This document shows positions 42,679-53,969 of a stretch of DNA of 64,000 bases, piece by piece. A program made the position numbers and the translations under genes. Positions within the stretch are counted from its first letter, which is position 1; the number at the start of each line of letters is the position of its first letter. The notes under the pieces are model-generated. The model was not told the origin of the DNA and did not search any database. It saw nothing but the letters and a program-made list of their open reading frames with translations. Origin of the DNA: an uncultured Gemmatimonadaceae bacterium (lineage in GTDB: Bacteria; Gemmatimonadota; Gemmatimonadetes; Gemmatimonadales; Gemmatimonadaceae); NCBI GenBank assembly GCA_963829055.1, contig CAWHHI010000003.1, positions 416,001-480,000 of the forward strand, in the 5' to 3' direction.

Positions 42679-44266
42679 TTAGCGTATGGACGAGCGCAAC
42701 ACGTGGCCGTCGAGGCGTTCAAGGGGCGTTATGCCGAGCACCTCGGCGAGAGTCGGTGCCATGTCGACGACACGCGCAAACTCGTCGTACTTGCCCGGCT
42801 TGAAGGGCGGACCGTAGAAGAGCACGGGCACATGCGCGTCGTAGTCGTGCGGCGTCCCATGCGTCGCGTTTCCCTGCCCCCAATAATTGTATGGCTGAAG
42901 CGTGACGACGACTTCGACGGGAAGCTCTGGCGGCAGCATGTGCAGCCAGCGACGCGCGATCGCGTCCTTCGTTGTGTCGGCGCGCGCGAGGTCACGCACG
43001 AGGTCGACGCGGAGCACGCCCGGGACTTTCCGCTCCGCGGCAACAAAGGCCGCGATCACAGAGTCGGGTGACAGTCGGCCCGCTGCCAGCGCCTTCCTGT
43101 TCACCAGCAGGAAGGGCGTGTCCCAGATGAATCGCGTCGAATCGCGCAGCGCGGCCGTTACGCGCGCTTCCGCGGCCCACGCCGTGTCGAGCGCGGCACG
43201 AACGTACGTTGCTCCCGCGTTAGGGTCGTGAGACTTCACACCGAGATATGGCGCGACTCCATGATCGGCGGTGAGCGTGACGATCACGCGCGACGAGTCG
43301 CGGACCTTGTACAACGAGTCGAAGAACGCGCCGAGGTACCGATCGAGGCGGAGGATCTGGTCGTGCAGTTCTCGCGAATCCGGTCCATAGGCATGACCAA
43401 TCGCGTCGGTCGTGGAGAGCGAGACCGCGAGGATGTCGGTCTGCGGGCCGGTACCGAGCTTCAGCGCCTCGAGACCTTCGAGCGCGAACTGCAACGTCAG
43501 GTCGTCCATCCACGGAAACGCGGCGAACACACTCGCCGCCTGCGCCGGATCAGCCGGCGCGACGTGCGGAAATGTCGTCCCGCCCCGGCCAGCGTTTTCC
43601 TGCGGGACGTCGTCTGGTTCGGGGTATTGCGTTGGGTCGAGCAGCAGCGTCCACTCTTTACCGGCATATTGGGCGGGAATGCGTCGCGCGTTGAAGCGCT
43701 GCACCCACGTCGGCAGTGTGTCGGCGTAGTACGTGCTGGTCGAGAAGTTTCCGGTCGTCGCGTACCAGAACACCGACTGCTTCGCACGCCCCATCGGGAG
43801 AATGGCTCCGCGGTCTTTCCGCGACACGGACAGCGCATGTGATCGCGGGTCCTTGCGCTGCAGCCATTCGATCAGCGTCGTTCCACGAAACCGAAACGGC
43901 GACGCGCCGATCGCGCCACCGCCGATCACGGGAGATCGCGGGTCTTCCACCCCTCGCGAGTTCTCCAAGATCCCCGTGCTCCGCGGAAATCGTCCCGCCA
44001 TCGTCACCGAATGGCCAGGTGCCGTTTCGGTGATCGCATGATCATGAAACGCATTGGTGTAGAAAGCGCCACCGCGGTACAGCCGAGCGAGGCCTCCGGT
44101 CAGTTGGGGCTCGAAGCGCGAGAAATAGTCGGGGCGCATCTGGTCCACGGTGATGAAGACCAGAAGCGACGGCGTCGCGCTCGCCACGGGTCCCTGAGAG
44201 TTCTGCGCGCACGCAACGGCGGGGAGCAGTCCCAAGGCGAGGCAAGAAGACTCGTGAACGAAGCAT
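42679..44266 (-). CDS. Alkaline phosphatase superfamily protein (PafA/NPP-like); signal peptide probably frameshifted near 44243
   Basis: VDQMRPDY, TETAPGH, TDAIGHAYGPDS, TADHG, THGTP. Confidence 0.9.
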
Positions 44267-44468
44267 GGAGATCCGCGGAAGTGGATGCGTGAATCTACCA
44301 TGCGCACGCTCAGGTCGTCACGCCGCGAACGCTTCTGAGAGGATAGGCGTCATGGTATCGTTTTTCCTCTCTGGTGCCTTGATTCCGTACCGCTCGCGTG
44401 TGTGGCGCACACGTCCGCCGCGAGCCTCCAATGTGTTCCTGGTGTTCTTTGATGGAGGAAGGATCGTA

Positions 44469-45107
44469 ATGCGAACCACGATGCTCGTCGCGCTCTCGGC
44501 GTTCGCGGTGACGGCGACGTCTCCAGCTGCCGCCCAGATGCGGATGAACCAGCAGGGCTCTGGCCGACCTATTTCGTTTGCGTTCGGCGGTGGCGCGAGT
44601 GTACCGATCGGGACGTACAAGGATGCGTTGAAGGCTGGCTGGAATGGCCAGGGATCTCTGATCTTCAACTTTCCGGGGTTCCCTATCGCGCTGCGTACGG
44701 ACCTCAACTACAACAAGTTCAACCTCAAGGAAAACCTGCCGTTCACGCCCGGCGGTACCGGCGGCGGCACCGTCACGACGACCGAGGATATGACACAGCA
44801 GATCCTGGGTGGGCTCGCGAACATCACGATTCCCTTCCCGATGGGTCCGATCTCTCCGTACATCACCGCGGGCATCGCGGGCTTCAACGTCAAGACCAAG
44901 TTCGCGGGCGGCGCTGGTGGGGCCGAGGACCAGAGCGATACCGAGTTCGCGATCAACGGCGGCGCAGGGCTTTCGATGAAACTGTTCGGCGCGTCAGCAT
45001 TCATCGAAGCCAAGCTGAACAACGTCTACACCGAAGAGAAGTTCATCAATAGCCAGGAGCTGAAGGCGCTGCAATTCATTCCGATCACGTTCGGCTTCGT
45101 GTTCTAA
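44469..45107 (+). CDS. Small outer-membrane beta-barrel protein
   Basis: Signal peptide AAA-Q; PYITAGIAG; C-terminal IPITFGFVF. Confidence 0.82.
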   Translation: MRTTMLVALSAFAVTATSPAAAQMRMNQQGSGRPISFAFGGGASVPIGTYKDALKAGWNGQGSLIFNFPGFPIALRTDLNYNKFNLKENLPFTPGGTGGGTVTTTEDMTQQILGGLANITIPFPMGPISPYITAGIAGFNVKTKFAGGAGGAEDQSDTEFAINGGAGLSMKLFGASAFIEAKLNNVYTEEKFINSQELKALQFIPITFGFVF

Positions 45108-45138
45108 CGCCGAGCGGTTCGGCGCAGTTGAAGCGCGA

Positions 45139-45183
45139 TCGTCCGGCGTGACGCGGAGTTTCGTGCCGCGTCGCGCCGGACGA
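45139..45183. terminator. Long hairpin between convergent genes
   Basis: tcgtccggcgtgacgcgg / ccgcgtcgcgccggacga. Confidence 0.55.
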
Positions 45184-45250
45184 CTGTGCCTAACGAAGTG
45201 ACATCGCTGGTGACCCCCGGCGCGCGATCCGCTGGGTGCGGCGTTGTCGC

Positions 45251-46435
45251 CTAGATCACCTGCTCCAGGATCGCCAACCCTCGCGCAATGTCCTCGCGCG
45301 ACGCCACGAGCGGCGGGAGGATCCGCAGCGTATAGTCGCCCGCTGTGAGCAAAAGGAGGCCAGCCTCTCGCGCACGGGCAACCACATCACCCGCAGCCTC
45401 ACCCACATCGAGGCCCCAGATGAAACCCGTGCCGCGAATGGCGCGAACTTTTCCCGTTCGCTCGCCGATGCCACGGAGCCCTTCACCGATCAACTTGCCC
45501 GTTGATTTGACGTGCGCGAGGAACGCCGCATCGGCGATGCGCTCGAGCACGTGGAGCGCGACCGACGCGACGAAGGGCCCGCCTCCGAACGTCGTGCCGT
45601 GCTCGCCCGCCTTCATTGTGGACGCGATCTGCCCGTTGAGAAGCACCGCACCCATCGGGAGGCCGCCTGCGATGGGCTTGGCCAGTGTCAGCATATCTGG
45701 CTCGACGCCGATCTGCTCGTAGGCGAACAGCGTTCCCGTCCGGCCCATGCCGCACTGAATCTCGTCGAAGATGAGCGCGACTTTGCGCTCGCGAGTCAAT
45801 GCGCGGAGCTCACGGATGAATCCGTGGTCGAGCACGCGCACACCGCCCTCGCCCTGCACCGGCTCGAGGATGACGGCCGCAACGGTCTCAGCGTCGAGCA
45901 CGATGGCGAGATCTTCGATGTCTCGCTCGACTATCGACACTCCGCCGGCCAGAGGGCGGAACGGCGCGCGATACGCGGGGCGATCAGTTGCCGCGAGCGA
46001 GGCGAACAGACGCCCGTGGAAGGAGCCACGAAGTGCGATGATATCGGTCTTCGCGGCGCCGACGGTGCTGCGGGCCCATTTGCGCGCGAACTTGAACGCC
46101 CCCTCGTTCGCTTCCGCTCCCGAATTGCAGAAGAACACCTTGTCCGCGAACGACAGCTCCACGAGGCGCGACGCGAGCTGCTCGCCCGGCGCAGTCCGGA
46201 ACAGATTCGAGACGTGAATCAATCCATCGACGGCGGCGTGCATTGCTTCACGCAGGCCGTCGTCCGCGTAGCCTAACGCGTTGACGGCAATGCCGCTGGC
46301 GAAATCGAGGTACGCGCGACCGTCGGCATCGAACAGTTCGACACCCTCGCCGCGAACGAGCTCGATCGGAGCACGCTTGTACAGACCCAGCAGCGCATCC
46401 GCGCTCGGCGGAGCGACCGTCGTGATAGTGGCCAT
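45251..46435 (-). CDS. argD: Acetylornithine aminotransferase
   Basis: FCNSGAEANE, FHGR, EPVQGEGG, DEIQCGMGRTG, LAKPIAGG; arg cluster context. Confidence 0.93.
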   Translation of the reverse strand: MATITTVAPPSADALLGLYKRAPIELVRGEGVELFDADGRAYLDFASGIAVNALGYADDGLREAMHAAVDGLIHVSNLFRTAPGEQLASRLVELSFADKVFFCNSGAEANEGAFKFARKWARSTVGAAKTDIIALRGSFHGRLFASLAATDRPAYRAPFRPLAGGVSIVERDIEDLAIVLDAETVAAVILEPVQGEGGVRVLDHGFIRELRALTRERKVALIFDEIQCGMGRTGTLFAYEQIGVEPDMLTLAKPIAGGLPMGAVLLNGQIASTMKAGEHGTTFGGGPFVASVALHVLERIADAAFLAHVKSTGKLIGEGLRGIGERTGKVRAIRGTGFIWGLDVGEAAGDVVARAREAGLLLLTAGDYTLRILPPLVASREDIARGLAILEQVI

Positions 46436-46437
46436 TG

Positions 46438-47190
46438 TCAGACCGTCGTTGTAGAAAGTGTGATCACTGTTCCCGCGGTCGCGGACTCGATCCCCGCGAT
46501 GTTCCCGATTCGGACCCTCGATACGCCGAGCTCCACCGCGCGTCGCGCGGCCTGGAGCTTGGCGGCCATCCCTTCGCGAGCCGTTCCATTGTCGACCAAT
46601 GCGGCAGCCTGTTCGAGGTCGAGCTCCGGCACAACCACGCCGTTGGCCATGACACCCGGCACGTCGGCGATGAGCACGAGCTCCTCAGCACCCATGGCAA
46701 CCGCGATGGCCGCGGCGGCATCGTCCCCGTTGACGTTCAACGTCGCGCCGCTTTCCTCGTCTCGAGCGAGCGGTGAGACCACGGGCACGTACCCAGCGCT
46801 CACGAGCAGCTCGAGCAGCCGCGGATCGACCTGTGACGGCGCGCCCACCTCGCCTAACGTCTCCCGCGAGCTGACCCGCGCGCGCAGGAGGCCGTCGTCC
46901 TCGCCGGAAATACCGACAGCGCGAATTCCTTCGCTCACAAACGTCGAAACCAGACGTTTGTTGGCGCTTCCGGACAGCACCATCCGCACGATCTCGAGGT
47001 CGGCTGCAGTCGTCACCCGGCGTCCACCGTGAAACGTGGGGGTCATGCCGAGGCGTCGCTGGAGCCCCGACACCTCGTCGCCGCCGCCATGCACGACAAC
47101 GACGCGACCGTTGTTGGCCGCATGTCGTATCGCCGGCGCAAGGCCCGCATCTGATTGCGCTCGCCCACCGATCTTTAGTACGCGCGTCAT
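46438..47190 (-). CDS. argB: Acetylglutamate kinase
   Basis: VLKIGG, VVHGGG, GRRVT, NVNGD, GMAAKL. Confidence 0.92.
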   Translation of the reverse strand: MTRVLKIGGRAQSDAGLAPAIRHAANNGRVVVVHGGGDEVSGLQRRLGMTPTFHGGRRVTTAADLEIVRMVLSGSANKRLVSTFVSEGIRAVGISGEDDGLLRARVSSRETLGEVGAPSQVDPRLLELLVSAGYVPVVSPLARDEESGATLNVNGDDAAAAIAVAMGAEELVLIADVPGVMANGVVVPELDLEQAAALVDNGTAREGMAAKLQAARRAVELGVSRVRIGNIAGIESATAGTVITLSTTTV

Positions 47191-48147
47191 AAGGGGAGTC
47201 CGGCTGGCTCGTCCAGCCCGAGCACTACGTTCGCGTTCTGCACGGCCTGCCCGGCCGCCCCTTTCACAAGGTTGTCGATCGCTGACAACACGATGAGCGT
47301 CGGCTGACGCACGCCGGCCGCGTGATGCGCGGAGATGCGTACGACGTTGCGACGAACGACATCGCGGAGCGTTGGTGGCTCGCCGTCGATCTCCACGAAC
47401 GGCTCCCCTCCGAACTCGTCCTGCCACGGCGCGAGCGGGTCCGCGAGTCGTTCGGTGACCTGCACGATGATCGTGGCGAGGATGCCGCGCGCAACGGGCA
47501 GCAGGTGCGGTGTGAAGATGAGGTCCGCATCCGCACCATTGCCGTCGAGCACGGAGCGCATCTCGGTCAGGTGGCGGTGCGTGTTGCCGACGGCGTAAGC
47601 CCTGAAGTCTTCCGCGACCTCGCCGAACAACAGATCGGTACGAGGGGTGAGGCCGGCGCCTGTTACACCGCTCGCGGCGGTCGCGGTAATGGTGCTCCCA
47701 GGCGCGATGAGACCGCGCTTCGCGAGGGGCAGGAGCGCCATCAGGATCGCCGTCGCATAGCAGCCAGGGTTCGCGACGACGCTCGCATCGTGGAGCTGAT
47801 CCCGTGCGACCTCGGTGAGCCCGTAGGGAATCGCCCCTGCCCCGTGGCCGGGCCGCAGGTCCGACGACAGGTCTACGACCTTTGGTCCCGCAGCTCGGAC
47901 GCGCTCCACCCACGTGGCCGACGCGCCATGCGGCAGCGCCGAGAATACGAGCTGCGCATCAGCCAACGGCGCGTCGTCGTGCGCGATGAATCGCACGTCC
48001 GCGCCGCCAAGGCGCGCGCGCTGGCCGCGCTGCTCGTTCGCCGTCGCGAACGAGAGCTCGCAGCCGTGGGTGGCGGGCAACGAGGGCGCACAACTCGCGG
48101 CCGGCATAGCCGCTCGCGCCAAGAACTCCAACAGGGATTCTATGCAC
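47187..48147 (-). CDS. argC: N-acetyl-gamma-glutamyl-phosphate reductase (one extra base near 48061)
   Basis: GASGYAGREL in the first frame; ALPHG, ANPGCY, SGVTGAG, DNLVKGAAGQAVQN in the second. Confidence 0.92.
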
Positions 48148-48149
48148 AA

Positions 48150-48170
48150 CTAATGCATATTATTGCATCC
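48150..48170. promoter_or_regulatory. ARG-box-like site between argC and argR
   Basis: TGCAT-ATTA-TTGCA at 48154-48167 in an AT-rich patch. Confidence 0.55.
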
Positions 48171-48284
48171 GCGACATGTCAACCGGGCGGCACATGCAAC
48201 GAATCGATTCGCCGGCGTCACGGCGTGTCCTGCCGCTCGCCCGCTTCGCGTGGTATCGTCCCGCCAACTCACGGAGGAACCTGC

Positions 48285-48740
48285 GTGGACAAGCGCAAGC
48301 GTCAGGCAGCAATCCTGGAACTCGTCGGACATCAGCCGGTCGGGAGCCAGGAAGAGCTCCGGGTCCTGCTGCACAAGCGCGGGTGGGATGTCACGCAGTC
48401 GACGCTCTCGCGAGACCTTCGCGAGCTGCGGTTGGCGCGCGTGCCCACGCCCGACGGAGTTCGATATGCGGTCGCCGATGGCACGCTCAGCAGCGCTGCG
48501 CGCCCGGCGTTGGACGCGCTCCTCCCGCAGCTTCTGACTCGCGTCGACGGCGTCGGCGAGATGATCGTGCTCCGCACGGTGCCTGGCGGCGCTCAGCCCG
48601 TCGCGTCGGCGCTCGACGGTGAGTCGTGGCCGGACGTTCTCGGGACGGTCGGCGGCGACGACACCATCCTCGTGGTCTGTCGCTCATCCGCCGCGCGCGA
48701 GCGGCTCGAGCGGCGACTCAGAAAGCTGGCCGAGATCTGA
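48285..48740 (+). CDS. argR: Arginine repressor
   Basis: SQEEL, VTQSTLSRDLREL, GTVGGDDTILV; GGAGG RBS. Confidence 0.95.
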   Translation: MDKRKRQAAILELVGHQPVGSQEELRVLLHKRGWDVTQSTLSRDLRELRLARVPTPDGVRYAVADGTLSSAARPALDALLPQLLTRVDGVGEMIVLRTVPGGAQPVASALDGESWPDVLGTVGGDDTILVVCRSSAARERLERRLRKLAEI

Positions 48741-48820
48741 CGCCGCGCGCGTGGCCCAGTGAAGGCGCCACTGAGCCTACGCGAGCCGAAATTTCCGCGC
48801 GCGGCAGTAGATGGCCGACA

Positions 48821-48876
48821 TTGACGACGCCCGCATAAGTGGTTAATTATGCATGACACCTGAATAGTTATCTTGT
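48821..48876 (+). promoter_or_regulatory. argG promoter region with tandem ARG-box-like sites
   Basis: TTGACG at 48821; TGGTT-AATT-ATGCA (48840) and TGAAT-AGTT-ATCTT (48861), 21 bp apart. Confidence 0.6.
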
Positions 48877-48890
48877 CCTGTGGAGCGCCC

Positions 48891-50150
48891 ATGAAGACCA
48901 TAGTGCTTGCCTACTCTGGCGGGCTGGATACTTCGATCATCGTGCCCTGGCTGCGCGAGAAGTACGACGCGCGCGTTATCTGCGTCGCCGCCGACATCGG
49001 GCAGGGTGCCGAAGAATTGGCCGGCGTGCGCGCGAAAGCGTTGGCGTCAGGCGCCGAGGAGTGCTACGTCGAAGACCTCCGGGAAGAGTTCGTTCGCGAC
49101 TTCATCTTCCCTACCCTCCGCGCCGGCGCGATCTACAATCGCAAATACCTGCTCGGCACCTCCATGGCGCGACCGCTGATCGCCAAGCGCCAGGTCGAGA
49201 TGGCCCGGGCCGTCGGCGCCGACGCGCTCGCACACGGATGCACCGGCAAAGGCAACGACCAGGTCCGCTTCGAGCTGACCTACATGGCGTTCGCACCCGA
49301 CCTTCCGGTGATCGCGCCGTGGCGCGAGTGGGATATTCGCAGCCGCGAGGATGCGATCGCGTACGCCGCCGCCCGGAACATTCCCGTCGCGGCGACGAAG
49401 GAAAAGATCTACTCGCGCGACCGAAATCTCTGGCACATCTCGCATGAAGGAGGAATCCTCGAGGATCCCGCTCAGGGCCCCCCGAAGGACGTCTTCATGC
49501 TCAGCACCGATCCGCAGGATGCGCCTAACGCACCCGAGGATGTCGTCATCGGATTCGTTGCCGGCACGCCGGTCTCGGTGAATGGCCAGGAGCTCGGACC
49601 GATCGACCTCATCGCTCAGCTGAATGCCATCGGGGGCAAGCACGGCGTCGGGCGCATTGACCTGGTCGAGGACCGCATGGTCGGCATGAAGTCGCGCGGC
49701 GTCTACGAGACGCCGGGCGGCACCCTGCTCTACTCGGCGCACAGTGAGCTCGAACAACTCGTCCTTGATCGTCGCACCCTGGCCGCCAAGGATCTGATCG
49801 CGCCGCGTTATGCGGACATCGTGTACGAGGGCCGCTGGTGGACGACTGAACGCGAGGCCTACGATGCCTTCGTCGGCGTTACCCAACAACGCGTGACGGG
49901 CTCGGTGAAGCTCCGCCTGTACAAGGGTTCGGCGTCCGTCATCGGGCGTGAGAGCGTGCACGCGCTGTACGACGAGCGGTTCGTGACGTTCGGCGAGGAC
50001 GACGTGTACGAGCAGAGCGACGCCGCCGGCTTCATCCGGCTGTACGGACTCTCCATGCGCGTTCGCGCCATCAAGGATCAGGAGATGGCCGCGGCTCAAT
50101 CGCCGGCGCCGGCCGAGGGAGCGTCCGAGGCGGCGCTCGTCGGCGCGTGA
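48891..50150 (+). CDS. argG: Argininosuccinate synthase
   Basis: [35 protein letters not shown]. Confidence 0.97.
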   Translation: MKTIVLAYSGGLDTSIIVPWLREKYDARVICVAADIGQGAEELAGVRAKALASGAEECYVEDLREEFVRDFIFPTLRAGAIYNRKYLLGTSMARPLIAKRQVEMARAVGADALAHGCTGKGNDQVRFELTYMAFAPDLPVIAPWREWDIRSREDAIAYAAARNIPVAATKEKIYSRDRNLWHISHEGGILEDPAQGPPKDVFMLSTDPQDAPNAPEDVVIGFVAGTPVSVNGQELGPIDLIAQLNAIGGKHGVGRIDLVEDRMVGMKSRGVYETPGGTLLYSAHSELEQLVLDRRTLAAKDLIAPRYADIVYEGRWWTTEREAYDAFVGVTQQRVTGSVKLRLYKGSASVIGRESVHALYDERFVTFGEDDVYEQSDAAGFIRLYGLSMRVRAIKDQEMAAAQSPAPAEGASEAALVGA

Positions 50151-51718
50151 GCGCTACGGAAGGCGGGCACCCGGCAGGCACCGTCGTCACGGGAGAATTC
50201 GCGCACGATAGCGGAGGCAGCATTGAGGCCGGTCGCAGCGAGGCCGGCTTCGCGGGCGACACGGAGGCAGGGCCGGCCCGGAGGGCGTCGTTAGGCGCTC
50301 CGGCGCACAAGTTGTGGGGCGGGAGATTCAGCTCGGGCCCCGCTCCCGCGCTCGAGGCCGTGAATCGGTCGATCGGCACAGACTTCCGCCTCTGGCCGTT
50401 CGATATTCGCCTGTCCAAGGCGTGGGCCGTCGCGCTGTGGAACGCCGGGATCCTGACCCTCGAGGAGAGCCGGCAAATCGAGTCGGGGCTCGATGCCGTC
50501 GCCCAGCGGTTCAGTGCCGGCGAGTCACCCGTCGCGACGGACGAAGACGTGCACACGATGATCGACCGGCTTCTTCATGCGGAGGTCGGCGATGTCGCGT
50601 CGAAGCTGCACACGGGACGCAGCCGAAACGATCAGGTTTCGACCGCCACGCGTCTTTGGTGCATCGACGCGTGCGATACGATCGACAGCGCAGTGCGGAA
50701 CCTGCAGCACGTCATGGTGCGCCAGGCGTCCGAGCATCAGCACGCGCTCATGCCGTCCTACACGCATATGCAGCGTGCGCAGCCCGTGTCGGCGGCGCAC
50801 TGGATGTTATCGCATTTCTGGCCGCTCGATCGCGATCGCGCCCGACTGTCGACGGCCGCGCGTTCGGCTGGCGTTTTGCCGTTAGGCTCCGGCGCCGTCG
50901 CCGGTTGTGCCTTCCCAATCTCCCGTGTGTTGCTCAAGGGGAGCCTCGGGTTTTCGGCGATCTCCAGGAACAGCATCGACGCCGTTGCCGACCGTGATTT
51001 CGTGGCCGAGCTGCTGTTCTCCCTGTCGCTCCTCGGCGCGCACATCTCGAGGCTCGGTGAGGATCTGATCCTGTACGGGTCGAGCGAGTTCGGGTTCGTT
51101 CGGTTCGGAGATTCGTACACGACCGGGTCGAGCATGATGCCGCAGAAACGCAACCCGGACGCGCTGGAGCTCGCCCGAGGATCGGGCGCTCGGATGCTCG
51201 GAGATCTCACGGCGCTGCTGGCGACCTTGAAGGGGCTGCCAAGCGGCTACAACAAGGATCTCCAGGACGACAAGCGCGCGCTGTTCGACGCTGTGGACGG
51301 GATGCTGCTGGTGCTCCCGGCGGTCTCGGGAACGCTGGACGAGCTGACCTTCGACACAGCCCGCATGGGGGCCGCTGTGTCGAGCACGATGATGGCGACC
51401 GATCTGGCGGACTATCTGGTCGGGAAGGGAATCACGTTCCGGGAAGCGCATTCCAGTGTGGGGCAACTCGTCCGGCAAGCTGAAGAGACCGGGATCGAGT
51501 TGCATGCGTTGCCGATGTCGGTGTTCACCGGCGCGCACGCCGCGTTCGGCCCCGACGTGCGCGACGCGTTGTCGGCGCAGGCATCGGTCGAACGCCGCGA
51601 GGTCGATGGGGGAACTGGCCCGCGGGCCGTTCGCGCGCAACTCGATGCCGCGATCGCGTCGCTGGTGCAGGGCGGGGAGCCGGCACGCGGCAACGAGCTG
51701 AGTATCCGCGCGGACTAA
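50147..51718 (+). CDS. argH: Argininosuccinate lyase
   Basis: [27 protein letters not shown]. Confidence 0.97.
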   Translation: MSATEGGHPAGTVVTGEFAHDSGGSIEAGRSEAGFAGDTEAGPARRASLGAPAHKLWGGRFSSGPAPALEAVNRSIGTDFRLWPFDIRLSKAWAVALWNAGILTLEESRQIESGLDAVAQRFSAGESPVATDEDVHTMIDRLLHAEVGDVASKLHTGRSRNDQVSTATRLWCIDACDTIDSAVRNLQHVMVRQASEHQHALMPSYTHMQRAQPVSAAHWMLSHFWPLDRDRARLSTAARSAGVLPLGSGAVAGCAFPISRVLLKGSLGFSAISRNSIDAVADRDFVAELLFSLSLLGAHISRLGEDLILYGSSEFGFVRFGDSYTTGSSMMPQKRNPDALELARGSGARMLGDLTALLATLKGLPSGYNKDLQDDKRALFDAVDGMLLVLPAVSGTLDELTFDTARMGAAVSSTMMATDLADYLVGKGITFREAHSSVGQLVRQAEETGIELHALPMSVFTGAHAAFGPDVRDALSAQASVERREVDGGTGPRAVRAQLDAAIASLVQGGEPARGNELSIRAD

Positions 51719-51740
51719 CGACCGGACGGTGCCTAACAGC

Positions 51741-51774
51741 AGCGGCCCACGGAGACTACTCTCCGTGGGCCGCT
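51741..51774. terminator. Hairpin between convergent genes
   Basis: agcggcccacggaga / tctccgtgggccgct. Confidence 0.7.
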
Positions 51775-51820
51775 CTGCTCATGTAGCGCCTGCGATCTAG
51801 GGCTGTCCCGAGCGCGAGTA

Positions 51821-52348
51821 CTAGAACAGAATGCCGAACGTCAGCGGAATCATCTGCGCCGAGTTCGGATCGGAGAAGATGTTGTGGAATCGCACCTCGG
51901 CGAATGTGCTGAAGCCACTCAGGGCGAACCGAGCACCGATTCCACCGTTGATGCCGATGTCGTTCCTCGACTCGTCAGCGCCCTCGGCCTTGGAGTTGTA
52001 CCAGCCGGCTCCAGCGATCAGATACGGCGTTGCGGTCATGCCGCCAGGAAACGCGTAGACGAGATTTCCGTTGATCGTCCAGACCTTCACATCCGAGCCG
52101 GAATTTTTGCCGGAAAGGTCGTTGTACATCCCATCAACTCGGAAACCGAGCGGTGAGCTGGCCGTTCCCGAGATCGCGAGCGTTCCGAGCACATGAAAGC
52201 CCGTCGACGTCGCATCACCGAGGTCGCTAACCGGGAAAGTAGCTCCAGCAGCCACGCCCAACGAGGCCCGACGCTGGGCGTGGGCCGGCAGTGCAATGGC
52301 GAACAGCGCCGCGACGACGAACGCACTGCGAACGAATTTGCGCTTCAT
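51821..52348 (-). CDS. Small outer-membrane beta-barrel protein
   Basis: Signal peptide AHA-Q; PYLIAGAG; C-terminal IPLTFGILF; similar to 44469..45107. Confidence 0.85.
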   Translation of the reverse strand: MKRKFVRSAFVVAALFAIALPAHAQRRASLGVAAGATFPVSDLGDATSTGFHVLGTLAISGTASSPLGFRVDGMYNDLSGKNSGSDVKVWTINGNLVYAFPGGMTATPYLIAGAGWYNSKAEGADESRNDIGINGGIGARFALSGFSTFAEVRFHNIFSDPNSAQMIPLTFGILF

Positions 52349-52413
52349 ATGAAGTTTCTCCGTTTACCGAGAATTTTCCTTACTGCGCGTTAACTGATTC
52401 GCCGACCCAAAAG

Positions 52414-52428
52414 GCACCAGCCGTGCCA
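52414..52428 (-). promoter_or_regulatory. Possible sigma-54 promoter
   Basis: Minus-strand TGGCACG-GCTG-GTGC (GG-N10-GC) about 65 bp upstream of the OMP gene. Confidence 0.4.
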
Positions 52429-52541
52429 GACAACGCCTGCCATCCAGCGCCCTCGTGGTGGATCGTTAAGGCGTTTGGCGGCGACGAACTCGCGCTCTAT
52501 GGTGGAAAGTGCTAGTCTATATTCCTCTCTAGGGAGGAACT

Positions 52542-52928
52542 ATGCCGATCTACGATCTCGCCGCAGTCGCTGAGGCGCTCGATCTTACGCCGAAGCAGCT
52601 CGACAATCTTCTGTCGCGCAACCACTTGCCGGGAGTCGAGCGGAAGAAGCGCGGCATTGCCAGACGAATTACGTCCGACGTGGCTGCTGTCGTGTGCCTC
52701 GCGCGTGAGCTCTCTGCCGCTTTGAGCGTTCCCCTCGCGAATGTGCTCGGGTTTTCGCAGGCCGCCATCGAGCATGGGGCGCAGCAGATCGAGCTTGGGC
52801 GATTCACGAAGCTGAGCATTGATCAACCCGCGCTTCGCGCGTTGGTCGCGGAGCGTCTCGACGCGGCTGTCGAGACCGTGGGACGCCGTCGCCGAGGCCG
52901 ACCGCCGAGGAGGAGAGAACAGAATTAG
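52542..52928 (+). CDS. Hypothetical HTH-like DNA-binding protein
   Basis: GGAGG RBS; YDLAAVAEALDLTPKQLDNLL; basic RRRRGRPP tail. Confidence 0.6.
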   Translation: MPIYDLAAVAEALDLTPKQLDNLLSRNHLPGVERKKRGIARRITSDVAAVVCLARELSAALSVPLANVLGFSQAAIEHGAQQIELGRFTKLSIDQPALRALVAERLDAAVETVGRRRRGRPPRRREQN

Positions 52929-52943
52929 CACTGGATGGGAAAC

Positions 52944-52977
52944 TGAAAGGCGGGCGCTGGTGGGCGCCCGCCTTTCA
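52944..52977. terminator. Probable bidirectional intrinsic terminator
   Basis: tgaaaggcgggcgc / gcgcccgcctttca between convergent genes. Confidence 0.8.
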
Positions 52978-52998
52978 ACTACCGCCTCCGGCCAGCGC

Positions 52999-53211
52999 TC
53001 AGGCGCCGGCCTTACTCACGTTCTCTGCGGCCGGACCCTTCGGCCCTTGGACGATATCGAATTCGACTGCATCGCCTTCCGCGAGCGTCTTGAACCCACT
53101 GCCCTGAATCGCGCTGTAGTGCACGAAGCAATCTTTCGTGCCGTTGTCAGGGGTGATGAAGCCAAAACCCTTCGCGTCGTTGAACCACTTCACTTTGCCG
53201 GTCGTACGCAT
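52999..53211 (-). CDS. csp: Cold-shock protein (CspA family)
   Basis: [22 protein letters not shown]. Confidence 0.97.
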   Translation of the reverse strand: MRTTGKVKWFNDAKGFGFITPDNGTKDCFVHYSAIQGSGFKTLAEGDAVEFDIVQGPKGPAAENVSKAGA

Positions 53212-53445
53212 TCCAGACTCCAGGAAAGAACACTTGTCGAGGGAGCGGAACGCGCCGAGCCCTGACAGTAGTGACACGCGCGGGACCGCTCAGACCCCCC
53301 ACGCTAGGTCTCGCCCTCGCCCCGAGACGATCGGTAAGAGCGGCACATTATAAGACGGGTTGGCCAGCTGAACAATACGAGCCTGGCCAAATTGTGTTGA
53401 ATCGCAAGGAATTTGTCGTTGGCGGCCTACCCCTCGTTCGGGCAA

Positions 53446-53910
53446 CTACTGGCCGACGACGCGCACTCCATTGACGAAATACTCCGTCTCTCCGAAACAG
53501 GACGTGGGCACGCCCTTGTGCTGCTCGTACTGGATCGCGACACGTTGGCCCTGCGCCTTGTTGATCACGGCCGCGAGACTGTCGCTCCGGACCGTGAACT
53601 GGAACGTGTTCGCGAGCTGCCCGGGCAGGTTGACCATCGCGATCTCGCCCTCGTAGGTCTTACAGAGCCAGCCCTTCTGGGAAAACTTCTGGACGTAGCC
53701 AACGCGCTCGCCCGAGGAGTACGTGTACGCCATCGCGATGAGAGTCCAGAGCGTGAGCCCCAGGATCGGCACGAGCACGATTGTGGCAGCCAGCAGCTTC
53801 CCCCAGTGCCGCCGCCTGAAGCTTTTCCTGACGGGCGGCTCCGAGCCACGAATTGCCTCGACATCCTTGGTGTTGTATCCCCGATCGGGGTAGTGCTCGT
53901 CTTGGGTCAT
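53446..53910 (-). CDS. Hypothetical single-TM protein
   Basis: TM helix followed by [26 protein letters not shown]. Confidence 0.7.
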   Translation of the reverse strand: MTQDEHYPDRGYNTKDVEAIRGSEPPVRKSFRRRHWGKLLAATIVLVPILGLTLWTLIAMAYTYSSGERVGYVQKFSQKGWLCKTYEGEIAMVNLPGQLANTFQFTVRSDSLAAVINKAQGQRVAIQYEQHKGVPTSCFGETEYFVNGVRVVGQ

Positions 53911-53969
53911 GGCAGCTCGATGTATCTTGGAACGGTAGGTTTAGACAGGATTTGGCGACGGGAGAGGTC

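Noticed and set aside
22135..53211. Two similar cold-shock genes as a duplication or mobile-element boundary
   Set aside because: Multiple csp paralogs are normal and similarity is limited to the coding regions
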